A stretch of 64,000 bases of DNA, taken from positions 182 through 64,181 of the forward strand of contig VGEN01000005.1 in assembly GCA_016869285.1 (NCBI GenBank), written 5' to 3'. Numbering within the stretch: the stretch's first letter is position 1; each line of letters begins with the position of its first letter. The position numbers and the translations under genes are program-made. Source of the DNA: Alphaproteobacteria bacterium. Lineage in GTDB: Bacteria > Pseudomonadota > Alphaproteobacteria > SHVZ01. Shown here one piece after another: positions 47,103-56,544 of the stretch. The notes beneath the pieces were generated by a model that searched no databases, had not been told where the DNA came from, and was given only the letters and a program-made list of their open reading frames with translations.

Positions 47103-49187
47103 TCAGCGCCCTTCGAACACGACGTTGATGTTGCCGATCGCATCGCGCGACGCCGACGCACCCGGCGGCACCACGGTCGTCCCCTCATACTCTTCGACGA
47201 TCAGAGGGCCGGAGCGTGGGGCCGGGCCCAGCCCGGCTCGGCCGAGCACCGGAGTCGCGACCCAGCCGTGATCCGGCCCGAAATAGGCGCGGCGCGTCTG
47301 CTCGGCCTCTTCGCCGCGGCCTGAGGAGACGCGCAGCGACTCCGCCGATCCGCCCGCCGGCGCCGTTGCCGTCACCGAGAGCGCGACGATCTCTGTCGGC
47401 ACCGTGCCGCGAAAGTTGTGGCCATACGTGGCCTGATGCTCGGCCTCGAAACGTCCCGGCAGCGCCTTCACCGTCTCGGCCGTCACGGCGTCGCCGGGGA
47501 TCGAAACCGGCAGCTCGAAAGCCTGGCTCGAATAGCGCATCGAGGCGACGCGCGAGAGCGTCGCCGTCTTCTGCCAGGGCCCGAGCTTGGCCATGACCTC
47601 TTCTGCAAGCTCGCCAAGCAGGCGCGCAACCTCCTCCGGCTTCGCGTCCAGCGTCTGCTTGAGATACCCGCGCGAGCGTCCGAAGGCGACGTCGGAGACC
47701 AGCAGCCCGATCGCCGAGAGCACGCCGGCGGCCGGCGGCACGATCACGCGCCGGATGCCGAGCTCTTTCGCCAGATGCGGACCGAAGACGCCGCCATTGC
47801 CGCCGAAGGCGACGAGGCCGAACTCGCGCGGATCGCGGCCGCGATAAGTCGAGACCGCCTTGAGCGCACGCATCATCGTCGATGAGGCGACCTCGAAGAC
47901 GCTCCATGCGGCCACCTCGATCGAGCTGCCGAGGCGGTGCGCGACCTTGTCCTGGATCGCCGCCTTCGCCTTCGCGGCGTCGATCGGCACCCTGCCGCCT
48001 GCCAAGGCGTTCGGATTGACGAAGCCCAGGATGACGTTCGCGTCGGTCACCGTCGGCTCGCTGCCGCCGAGGTTGTAGCAGGCAGGCCCCGGCTCAGCTC
48101 CGGCGCTTTCCGGTCCGACCTTGAGCCCCCCGCCGCGGTCGAACCTGACCAGGCTGCCGCCGCCGGCGCCGACCTCGGAGATGTCGATCACCGGCAGCTT
48201 CAGCGCATAGCCGGCACCTTTGACCAAGCGGCTCGACAGCGAGATGCCGCCGCCGACCTCGTACTCGTCGGTATGCGCGATGCGGCCTGCCTCGATCAGC
48301 GATGCCTTCGCAGTAGTCCCGCCCATGTCGAGCGTCAGCACGTCGTTCATGCCGGCCGCCGATGCGACGCGCGCAGCGCCGATCACGCCCGCTGCCGGGC
48401 CGCATTCGACGATGCGTGCCGGCTGGTCCATCACCGTCGGCGCATCGAGGATGCCGCCCGAGGATTGCATCACCAGCAGCCGTCCCGCGACGCCGTCGCG
48501 TTTGAGCCGGTCGGCAAGCGCGCCGACATAGGCTTTGACCGGCGGGCCGACATAGGCATTCACCACCGTCGTGCTGGTGCGCTCGTATTCCCGGATCTCT
48601 GGCAGGATGTCGACCGAGAGCGTGACGAAAGCGTCGGGGAAAGCCTTTCTCAACTTCTCGCCGACGCGCCGCTCATGAATGGGGTTGGCATAGGAGTGAA
48701 GGAAGCAGACGGCGATCGCTTCGACCTTCGCCTTGCCGATCTCGGCGATGACGCGATCGACATCGGCCTCGTCGAGAGGCGTGACCACCGTACCGTCAGG
48801 GCCGAGCCGTTCCGTCACCTCGAAACGGAGACCGCGCGGCACCAGAGGCGGCGGCTTGATCCAGAGCGGATCGTAGAGCTTCGGCACGCGCACGCGGCGC
48901 AATTCCAGCACATCGCGAAAGCCGCGGGTGGTCACCAGCGCGGTCCTCGCTCCCTTCCCTTCGAGGATCGAGTTGGTCGCGACGGTGCAGGCATGCAGCA
49001 CCTCCTCGACCGCTCTGCCCTTGACGCCGCGCCGGGCGAGCAGGTCGCGCACGCCGTCGACCACCGCGGCGGCATAGTCGGCCGGCGTGGAGAGCACCTT
49101 ATGCGTGGCGATGGTGCCGTCGGGAAGCGTCGCGGCGATGTCGGTGAAAGTGCCGCCGATGTCGGCGGCGACGCGGATCGCAGTCAT
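47103..49187 (-). CDS. Hydantoinase A / oxoprolinase-family ATP-binding subunit
   Basis: ADIGGTFTD, TVATNSILE, REYERTSTT, CGPAAGV, DMGGTTA, GAGGGS, GPESAGAEPGPACY, TVTDAN. Confidence 0.93.
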   Translation of the reverse strand: MTAIRVAADIGGTFTDIAATLPDGTIATHKVLSTPADYAAAVVDGVRDLLARRGVKGRAVEEVLHACTVATNSILEGKGARTALVTTRGFRDVLELRRVRVPKLYDPLWIKPPPLVPRGLRFEVTERLGPDGTVVTPLDEADVDRVIAEIGKAKVEAIAVCFLHSYANPIHERRVGEKLRKAFPDAFVTLSVDILPEIREYERTSTTVVNAYVGPPVKAYVGALADRLKRDGVAGRLLVMQSSGGILDAPTVMDQPARIVECGPAAGVIGAARVASAAGMNDVLTLDMGGTTAKASLIEAGRIAHTDEYEVGGGISLSSRLVKGAGYALKLPVIDISEVGAGGGSLVRFDRGGGLKVGPESAGAEPGPACYNLGGSEPTVTDANVILGFVNPNALAGGRVPIDAAKAKAAIQDKVAHRLGSSIEVAAWSVFEVASSTMMRALKAVSTYRGRDPREFGLVAFGGNGGVFGPHLAKELGIRRVIVPPAAGVLSAIGLLVSDVAFGRSRGYLKQTLDAKPEEVARLLGELAEEVMAKLGPWQKTATLSRVASMRYSSQAFELPVSIPGDAVTAETVKALPGRFEAEHQATYGHNFRGTVPTEIVALSVTATAPAGGSAESLRVSSGRGEEAEQTRRAYFGPDHGWVATPVLGRAGLGPAPRSGPLIVEEYEGTTVVPPGASASRDAIGNINVVFEGR

Positions 49188-49335
49188 GACGCCGAGCCTA
49201 GGGCGGCTGCCTGAGCGGGTCGAGTTGGGCTTCTCGATACAACCCGATAAGTTCGGCTGATGGCCCGATAGGCCTCGTTTCGCCTCGGCGCAACGCGCCT
49301 TGGCCGCACGCGCCAGCACAACTAGCCTCGCGCCC

Positions 49336-51363
49336 ATGAAGCCCGTCCGCACCAAATACCCCCGCGGGGTGAAGACGATCGAGAACGTCTTCATTCCGAT
49401 GCCGGGCGGCCATCGGCTTGCCGCGCGGATGTGGCTGCCGGAAGACGCCGAGGCCGACAAGGTGCCGGCGATCTTCGAGTACATGCCCTATCGCAAGCGC
49501 GACCAGAGCCGCGCCCGCGACGAAGCGATCCATCGCTACATCGCCGGCCACGGCTACGCATGCCTCCGCATCGATACGCGCGGCTCAGGCGATTCCGACG
49601 GGCTGTTGCGCGGCGAGTGGGAACAGGGCGAGCTCGACGACGGCATCGCCGCCATTGAATGGATGACAAAGCAGCCCTGGTGCTCCGGCACTGTCGGCAT
49701 GATCGGCAAGTCCTGGAGCGGTTTTTCGGCATTGGCGATTGCCGGGCTCGCTCCGCCGGCGCTCAAGGCGATCGTTCCGGTCTGTGCCGGCGACGACCGC
49801 TATCACCAGTCGCTGCATTGGACGGGAGGAGCCTTTCTCTGCGAGCAACTCTGGTGGACCGACACCATGGTCCAGTTCAACGCCCGCCCGCCCGATCCCG
49901 CCATCGTCGGCGAGCGCTGGCGCGAGATCTGGAAGGCCAGGCTCGCGGACAATCACCCCTGGCTGATCGATTGGCTCAAGCACCAGCGTCGCGACGACTT
50001 CTGGAAGCACGCCTCGCTCTGCGAGCGATTCGACAAGGTGAGCTGCGCCGTCTTCGCCGTCGGCGGCTGGGCCGACTACATCTCGCGCGCGATTCCGCGC
50101 CTGATGGCGAACCTCAAAGGACCGCGCTTCGGCCTGATCGGTCCCTGGGGGCACCACTACCCGCATGACGGCGTGCCGGAGCCGGCCGTCGGCTTCCTTC
50201 AGGACTGCGTCCGCTTCTTCGACCGCTACACCAAGGACATCCTCAACGGCTGGGACGCAGGCCCGAGCTATCGCGCTTATCTTCAATCCTTCTCGAAGCC
50301 ATCGCCGAAATACGCGGCGCAGCCCGGCCGCTGGATCGCGATCGAGGGCTGGCCATCAGAGAAGGTGCAACCGCTCCGCTTCCATCTGAATCGCGGCCGC
50401 CTCGACAAGCGGCCGAAGCCCGAGCAGGCCCTGCCCCACTCCTCGCCGCTCGCGACGGGCCTTGCCGCCACCGAATGGCTCAGCATGGCGATCGAGGGCG
50501 AGCAGCCGCGCGACCAGCGCGAAGATGACGGCCGTTCGCTCGTCTTCGACTCCGAGCCGCTGAAGCGCTCGCTCGATATCCTCGGCCGCGCCAACATCGA
50601 GATCGACCTCGCCGTCGACCGTCCGGTCGCCCAGCTCTGCGCGCGGCTCTGCGAGGTCGCGCCCGACGGCACTTCGGTCCGCGTCGCCTTCCAGGTGCTG
50701 AACCTGACGCACCGGAACAGCCATGAGAGTCCGGAGCGGCTGATCCGCGGCCAGCGTATCCGTGTCCGACTCGGGCTTCCCGATGTCGGCTGGACCTTCG
50801 CCAAGGGCAACCGTATCCGGCTTGCGCTCTCGACTTCCTACTGGCCGATCGTCTGGCCGGCGCCGGAGCCGGTGACGATGACCGTCTTCACCGGTGCCAG
50901 CACCGTCTCCCTGCCCGTGCTGCGCGGTCCTGTCCGGACGCCGAGATTCGGCCCGAACGAGCGAGGCCCGGAGATCGAGGTCGATGTCGTCCACCCGAAG
51001 CAGATCGAGCGCCGTATCATCCGGGACGCGATGACCGGCGAGATCACCGTCGAGACCGAGGGCATCGGCGGCTTCCTCGGGCCCGGACGCCAGTGGCTGA
51101 TCCGCCCGATCGAAACCTTCATCGGCCACGAGCTGACCAAGCGCTTCACCATCACCGAGGGCGACCCAGCCTCAGGCAAGGGCGAGTACAAGCAGACCTA
51201 CGAGCTTTCACGCGGCGACTGGCGCATCCGTCTCGAGACGCGCACGCTGTTCCGCGGCACTGAAACCGATTGGGTACTGACGCAGGAGCTGGTCGCGTAC
51301 GATGACCACGAAGAGGTCTTCCGCAAGACCTGGTCGAACACCACGCCACGGGATCTGATGTAG
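49336..51363 (+). CDS. CocE/NonD-family (S15) serine hydrolase with C-terminal extension
   Basis: EYMPYRKRD, RIDTRGSGDSDG, GKSWSG, GGWAD.Y, IGPWGH, PepX_C-like domain. Confidence 0.9.
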   Translation: MKPVRTKYPRGVKTIENVFIPMPGGHRLAARMWLPEDAEADKVPAIFEYMPYRKRDQSRARDEAIHRYIAGHGYACLRIDTRGSGDSDGLLRGEWEQGELDDGIAAIEWMTKQPWCSGTVGMIGKSWSGFSALAIAGLAPPALKAIVPVCAGDDRYHQSLHWTGGAFLCEQLWWTDTMVQFNARPPDPAIVGERWREIWKARLADNHPWLIDWLKHQRRDDFWKHASLCERFDKVSCAVFAVGGWADYISRAIPRLMANLKGPRFGLIGPWGHHYPHDGVPEPAVGFLQDCVRFFDRYTKDILNGWDAGPSYRAYLQSFSKPSPKYAAQPGRWIAIEGWPSEKVQPLRFHLNRGRLDKRPKPEQALPHSSPLATGLAATEWLSMAIEGEQPRDQREDDGRSLVFDSEPLKRSLDILGRANIEIDLAVDRPVAQLCARLCEVAPDGTSVRVAFQVLNLTHRNSHESPERLIRGQRIRVRLGLPDVGWTFAKGNRIRLALSTSYWPIVWPAPEPVTMTVFTGASTVSLPVLRGPVRTPRFGPNERGPEIEVDVVHPKQIERRIIRDAMTGEITVETEGIGGFLGPGRQWLIRPIETFIGHELTKRFTITEGDPASGKGEYKQTYELSRGDWRIRLETRTLFRGTETDWVLTQELVAYDDHEEVFRKTWSNTTPRDLM

Positions 51364-51368
51364 CCATC

Positions 51369-53276
51369 ATGCTCTACGACCGCGCGCCGGAGAACGGGAT
51401 CGTCGTTGCCGAGGACGTCATGGTGCCGATGGCAGACGGCGTTCGCCTGGCGACAGACGTCTACCGCCCTGCCCTTCCGGACGGATCGGCGACGCCAGGC
51501 CGTTTTCCAGTCATCCTGACCCGGACCTCCTACGACAAGTCGAACCCGGTGATGCAGGTCGAGCCGGTGGCGCGCTTCTTCACCAAGCGCGGCTACGTCA
51601 CCGTGGTTCAAGATCTGCGCGGGCGCGGCAAATCGGAAGGACATGGACAATACTTCCATGTCGCCAATGTCCGCGAAGGGCTCGACGGCGCCGACACCAT
51701 CGCCTGGATCGCGGCTCAGCCCTGGAGCGACGGCCGCGTCGGCATGGTCGGCAGCTCGCATTCCGGCATCGTCCAGAATGTCGCCGCCTTCCATCGGCCG
51801 CCGGCGCTGAAGGCGCTCTGGGTCGATGTCTGCCCGACCTCGGCCTTCGATTGGGAGGCGCGCACCGGCGGCGCCCAGGCGTTGCAGATGTTCGCGGCCC
51901 TCTTCCTCCACGGCTGGGACGTGCCCGAGATCCAGGGCGACGCCGAGGCCAAGCGCCGGATCGAGGAAGGCGTCGAGAACATGCGGACCCTGCTGACTCA
52001 AGGGCCCTGGAAGACGGGTGAGAGCCCGCTGACGGTCGTGCCGAACCTCGAGCAGATCCTGATGCGCTACCAGAACAACGGCATCAAGGACGCGTGGTGG
52101 ATGCAGGAGGTGCTGGAGCACAAGGCATACTTCGACCGCTTCGCCGATATCCCCTGCGTCGTCTCTTCCGGCTGGTTCGATCCCTTCTCCGCCGATGTCG
52201 CCGGGCAATACGTGACCTTGTCGAAGCGCCTCAAGTCGCCGCAGCGCCTCATTCTCGGTCCCTGGGGCCATGCCGGCATGCGCGCCGGCGGCACCGCCTC
52301 GATCGAGGTCGATTTCGGCGGCGGTGCCGACTGGGGCTACCGCGTCTTCAATTCCGAACGGCTGCGCTGGTTCGACCGCTGGCTCAAGGACATGCCGACC
52401 CGCGTCGAGGACGACGCGCCGGTGCATTACTTCGAGATGGGCGGAGGCTCGGGCAAGCGGACCAGGCGCGGCCACTTCGCACATGGCGGCATCTGGCGCG
52501 ACGATACGGCCTGGCCGCCGACCGGGATGATGCCGACGCCCTACTACCTCGCGGCTAACCGTGTGCTTTCGACGACGCCGGCCGATGCCTCGCCGATCGC
52601 CTGGACGCACGATCCCGATCATCCGGTGCCGACCGTCGGCGGCGCCGTCGCAGGCTTCCTCGAATGGGTCAAGGTGCCGGAGGGCATGGACGCCGCCTAT
52701 ATCAGCCCTCGCGCGCGCATGCGCACCGTCGTACCCGACGGGCCGATGCACCAGAAGGAGCGGCCCGACCTCGTCGGCTGCCGCGCGCCCTATCCGCTGC
52801 TCGCCGACCGGCCGGACGTGCTGGTCTTCCAGACCGAGCCGCTGCGCGAGGACGTGGCGATCGCGGGCCCGATCGAGGCGCGCATCTGGGTCGCCTCCTC
52901 CGCCGTCGACACCGACGTGACGGTGAAGCTCCTCGACGTGGCGCCGCCGACCGAGACGGAGCCGGAAGGCTTCCACATGCTGCTCTGCGACTCGATCCGC
53001 CGCGCCCGCTTCCGCAACGGCTACGACAAGGAGGAGCTGCTGAAGCCGGGCGAGGTCGTCGAGTTCGTCGTGGAGCTGCCGCCGGTCGCCAACCGCTTCA
53101 AGAAGGGCCACCGCATCCGCGTCGACATCGCCTCCTCGAACTTCCCACGCTTCGACATCAACCCCGGCACCGGCGAACCGCTAGGCCGGCATACGAAGAA
53201 GATCAAGGCAACGAACACGCTGCACATCGACAAGACGCATCCCTCACGGATCGTGCTGCCGGTTATGAAAGGTTGA
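51369..53276 (+). CDS. CocE/NonD-family serine hydrolase (second)
   Basis: VPMADGVRLATDVYRP, RTSYDK, QDLRGRGKSEG, GSSHSG, GWFDPF, GPWGH, RIRVDIASSNFPRFDINP. Confidence 0.92.
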   Translation: MLYDRAPENGIVVAEDVMVPMADGVRLATDVYRPALPDGSATPGRFPVILTRTSYDKSNPVMQVEPVARFFTKRGYVTVVQDLRGRGKSEGHGQYFHVANVREGLDGADTIAWIAAQPWSDGRVGMVGSSHSGIVQNVAAFHRPPALKALWVDVCPTSAFDWEARTGGAQALQMFAALFLHGWDVPEIQGDAEAKRRIEEGVENMRTLLTQGPWKTGESPLTVVPNLEQILMRYQNNGIKDAWWMQEVLEHKAYFDRFADIPCVVSSGWFDPFSADVAGQYVTLSKRLKSPQRLILGPWGHAGMRAGGTASIEVDFGGGADWGYRVFNSERLRWFDRWLKDMPTRVEDDAPVHYFEMGGGSGKRTRRGHFAHGGIWRDDTAWPPTGMMPTPYYLAANRVLSTTPADASPIAWTHDPDHPVPTVGGAVAGFLEWVKVPEGMDAAYISPRARMRTVVPDGPMHQKERPDLVGCRAPYPLLADRPDVLVFQTEPLREDVAIAGPIEARIWVASSAVDTDVTVKLLDVAPPTETEPEGFHMLLCDSIRRARFRNGYDKEELLKPGEVVEFVVELPPVANRFKKGHRIRVDIASSNFPRFDINPGTGEPLGRHTKKIKATNTLHIDKTHPSRIVLPVMKG

Positions 53277-53291
53277 AAGGCCGAGATACCA

Positions 53292-53391
53292 CCTCACCCT
53301 TCGACAGGCTCAGGATGAGGTGGACTGCAAGGTCGTGCCTGTCGACCCACACTCTCAGTCGCACTCATCCTGAGCCTGTCGAAGGGTGAGG
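53292..53391. repeat. REP/MITE-like element with 28-bp perfect inverted repeats
   Basis: CCTCACCCTTCGACAGGCTCAGGATGAG (53292-53319) and its exact reverse complement (53364-53391), with a 44-nt spacer. Confidence 0.85.
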
Positions 53392-53409
53392 GCGCACAAA
53401 GGATCACGC

Positions 53410-54891
53410 ATGCGCATCGCGACCATTCATGTCGGGCAGGAAACCAACGACTTCAATCCGCTGCCGACGACGCTCGACGACTTCAAGGCCTTCGGCCTGT
53501 TCGAGGGCCAGGAGATCATCGAGAAGATGCAGGGCAAGGGCCAGGTCGGCGGCTGCGTCGACGCCGTCGCCGCCTCCGGCATGAATGTCGAGTGGATCCC
53601 GATCGTCTCCGGCTGGGCGATGGCCGGCGGCCGCATCTCAACCGAGGCCCGCCTGTTCTTCGAGGAGCGGATCGGCACCGGCCTGCGCAAGGCTGGACAG
53701 ATCGACGCGCTGGCGCTGCATCTGCACGGCGCCGCCGCGGCGGAAGGCGTCGACGATGTCGAGGGCGCGCAGCTCGCGATCTGCCGCGCCGTGCTCGGGC
53801 CCGACGTGCCGATCGTGCTCTCCCTCGACCACCACGCCAATGTGACGAAGCAGATGGTCGAGCTCTCGACCGCGATCGTCGCGCATCGCACCCAGCCGCA
53901 CGACACCTACGATACCGGCCGCCTTGCCGGCGAGATGCTGGTTCGTATCCTGCGCAAGGAGATCAGGCCGGTGATGGCGTGGCGCAAGATCCGGCTGATC
54001 ACGCATCAGGAGCAGTTCCTGACCAGCCAAGGCCCGATGAAGGCGTGGTTCGACCAGGCCCGCGCCTGGGAGGCCAAAGACAAGCGCGTGCTGCACGTTG
54101 CGCTCTGCCCGATGCAGCCTTGGCTCGACGTCGCCGAGGGCGGCTGGACAACCATCGTCAATGTCGACGGCGATCGCTACCTCGCCGAGCGGCTGGCCGA
54201 CGAATCCGCCGACTATGCGTGGTCGATGCGAGCGGCGTTCATGAAGAAGGAAGCGGTCTCGGTCGACGACGCCGTGCGCCGCGCCGACCAGGCGGCGAAA
54301 GGCGTCGTCGTTCTCAGCGACACCGGCGACACCGTCTTCGGCGGCACCGCCGGCGACTCGAACCTGATCCTGGAGGCAATCCTCCGGCTCGGCATCAAGA
54401 GCAAGGCGCTGATACCGCTGATCGAGGCCGAGACGGTGGCGAAGCTGGTCGCCGCCGGCGAGGGCGCCGAGGTCACTCTGCGGGTGGGCGGCCACAGCGC
54501 GCCGAGATTCTTCAAGCCGCTGACCGTGACCGGCCGCGTCAAGAAGATCGCCGGCGGCCGAGTCAAGGTGCCGGTGTTCCAGCAGCCCGAACACGAGATG
54601 GGCCGCACCGTGTTCTTCGAGGTCGGTCCCGCGACGCTGATGGTGAGCGAGAAGCCCGGCGCCGCGGGCAACGTGCCCGAGGTCTATCGCTGGTTCGGCA
54701 TCGAGCCCGCCGACTACAAGATGGCGGTGCTCAAGACCGCGTCGAACTTTCAATTCTTCCGGCCCATCACGTCGGAGGTCATCCGCGTCGACACGCGCGG
54801 CCCCGGCCAATCCGACGTCGTGGGTCTTCCCTGGGCCCGCGTACCGCGGCCGATGTACCCGATGGAAGAGCCGAAGAGCTGGCGCGGATAG
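53410..54891 (+). CDS. MlrC-like M81 metallopeptidase
   Basis: HVGQETNDF, LHLHGAAA..DD.EG, LDHHAN, HRTQPHD, SDTGD...GG..GD, VLK. Confidence 0.88.
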   Translation: MRIATIHVGQETNDFNPLPTTLDDFKAFGLFEGQEIIEKMQGKGQVGGCVDAVAASGMNVEWIPIVSGWAMAGGRISTEARLFFEERIGTGLRKAGQIDALALHLHGAAAAEGVDDVEGAQLAICRAVLGPDVPIVLSLDHHANVTKQMVELSTAIVAHRTQPHDTYDTGRLAGEMLVRILRKEIRPVMAWRKIRLITHQEQFLTSQGPMKAWFDQARAWEAKDKRVLHVALCPMQPWLDVAEGGWTTIVNVDGDRYLAERLADESADYAWSMRAAFMKKEAVSVDDAVRRADQAAKGVVVLSDTGDTVFGGTAGDSNLILEAILRLGIKSKALIPLIEAETVAKLVAAGEGAEVTLRVGGHSAPRFFKPLTVTGRVKKIAGGRVKVPVFQQPEHEMGRTVFFEVGPATLMVSEKPGAAGNVPEVYRWFGIEPADYKMAVLKTASNFQFFRPITSEVIRVDTRGPGQSDVVGLPWARVPRPMYPMEEPKSWRG

Positions 54892-54928
54892 CCATCGCGT
54901 ATGATGCTGCCTCGATATGGAGGACTGG

Positions 54929-55120
54929 ATGAGCACCCCTGAACCGATGAACCGAGCCGAGGTCGAAATCTGCCTGAAGCGCGCCGGCCTCACGCTGTCG
55001 CCCGAGCAAATCGACGACATCCACCGCGTCTCCGGCTATGTCCGCGAGTACCTGGCGCAGCTCGGCAGCGACCGGCCGATGGCGGTCGAGCCGGCGCTGA
55101 CCTTCAAGGTGACGCCATGA
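54929..55120 (+). CDS. Small AtzG/GatC-like amidase accessory protein (63 aa)
   Basis: GGAGGA RBS; GLTL.PE and C-terminal EPALTF pattern; ATGA overlap with the amidase start. Confidence 0.65.
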   Translation: MSTPEPMNRAEVEICLKRAGLTLSPEQIDDIHRVSGYVREYLAQLGSDRPMAVEPALTFKVTP

Positions 55121-56526
55121 ACGACGCGACCGAAGTCGGCCAGGTCCCGACCATCGCCGAGGCCTCGCGGCTGATCGAGACCAAGGCGCTGTCGCCGGTC
55201 GAGCTCACCGACCTGCTGCTCAAGCGCATCGAGAAGCTCGACCCGAAGCTGAACAGCTTCCTCCTGGTGACCGAGAAGCTCGCGCGCAAGGCGGCAAAGA
55301 AGGCCGAGGCCGAGATCATGGCGGGCCGCCGGCGCGGGCCGCTGCACGGGATCCCGATAGGGCTCAAGGACATCTACTCGACCAAGGGCATCCGCACGAC
55401 GGCGCATTCGAGGGTGCTGGAGGACCATGTACCGAAGGAGGACGCGACCGTCACCGCCAAGCTGGCGAAGGCAGGCACCGTGCTGCTCGGCAAACTCGCC
55501 ACGCATGAATTCGCCATCGGCGGCCCGTCCTTCGATACGCCCTGGCCGCCGGCGCGCAACCCGTGGAACACCGATCTCAGCCCCGGCGGTTCGTCCAGCG
55601 GCAGCGGCGCGGCGATCGCCGCCGGGCTTGTGCTCGGCGCCACCGGCTCCGATACCGGCGGCTCGATCCGCTCGCCCTCGGCCTTCTGCGCCGTGGCCGG
55701 CATGAAGCCGAGCTACGGCCTGGTCAGCCGCTACGGCATCCTGCCGCTTGCCTTCACCCTCGATCACGCCGGGCCGATGGCGTGGACGGTCGAGGATTGC
55801 GCGATCCTGCTCCAGGCGATGGCGGGGCACGACAAGAGGGACGCCGCCAGCGCCAAGGTGAAGATTCCCGACTATCGCGCGGCGTTGCGCCGGGATCTCA
55901 AAGGCGTGCGCATCGGCTACATCCGCCACTGGCATGACGGCGAGTATCCGGTCGAACCGGAGATGAAGGCGGCGATCGAAGCCGCGCTCGACACCATGCG
56001 CGGGCTCGGCGCCGAGATCCGCGACGCGCCGATGCCGGCGCTTTCCGACTTCGCGCCGGCCGGACGGGTCATCATCCTGAGCGAGACCTTTGCAGTTCAC
56101 GCCAGGACCATGCAGACGCGTTACAAAGACTATGGCGAGCGCTTCCGCAGCAACGTCACGCCGGCCGCGCTGTTCTCAGCCAACGACTACGTCCAGGCGA
56201 TGCGCTCGCGCCAGCAACTGATCGAGCGCACGCGTGCCGCCATGGCGGGCTTCGATGTGATGATCTCCGCCGCGGCGGTGGGGGCGCCCACCAAGATGGA
56301 AGGCTTCGACCGCGACGCCGCCTTCAAGCGCCCGTCGATCACCATGCCGTTCAACCTGACCGGCCTTCCGGTGATGACGGTCTGCTGCGGCTTCACGGCC
56401 TCAGGCCTGCCGCTTGGCATGCAGGTGGTCGGCCATCCCTTCGGCGACGCCGCCGCCATGGGCGTCGCCCATGCCTATGAGCGAGCGACGAGCTGGCGGG
56501 CGAAGCGGCCCGCGATGGCACGCTGA
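55117..56526 (+). CDS. Amidase-signature enzyme (GatA/AtzE-like subgroup)
   Basis: LHGIPIGLKD, GKLATHEFA, RNPWN..PGGSSSGS, GSDTGGSIRSP, GLPLGMQVVG. Confidence 0.92.
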   Translation: MNDATEVGQVPTIAEASRLIETKALSPVELTDLLLKRIEKLDPKLNSFLLVTEKLARKAAKKAEAEIMAGRRRGPLHGIPIGLKDIYSTKGIRTTAHSRVLEDHVPKEDATVTAKLAKAGTVLLGKLATHEFAIGGPSFDTPWPPARNPWNTDLSPGGSSSGSGAAIAAGLVLGATGSDTGGSIRSPSAFCAVAGMKPSYGLVSRYGILPLAFTLDHAGPMAWTVEDCAILLQAMAGHDKRDAASAKVKIPDYRAALRRDLKGVRIGYIRHWHDGEYPVEPEMKAAIEAALDTMRGLGAEIRDAPMPALSDFAPAGRVIILSETFAVHARTMQTRYKDYGERFRSNVTPAALFSANDYVQAMRSRQQLIERTRAAMAGFDVMISAAAVGAPTKMEGFDRDAAFKRPSITMPFNLTGLPVMTVCCGFTASGLPLGMQVVGHPFGDAAAMGVAHAYERATSWRAKRPAMAR

Positions 56527-56544
56527 GACAAAGGAGTCTTCCCG

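Noticed and set aside
54929-56526. gatC-gatA
   Set aside because: No gatB follows and the context is catabolic, so an AtzG/AtzE-like interpretation is preferred.
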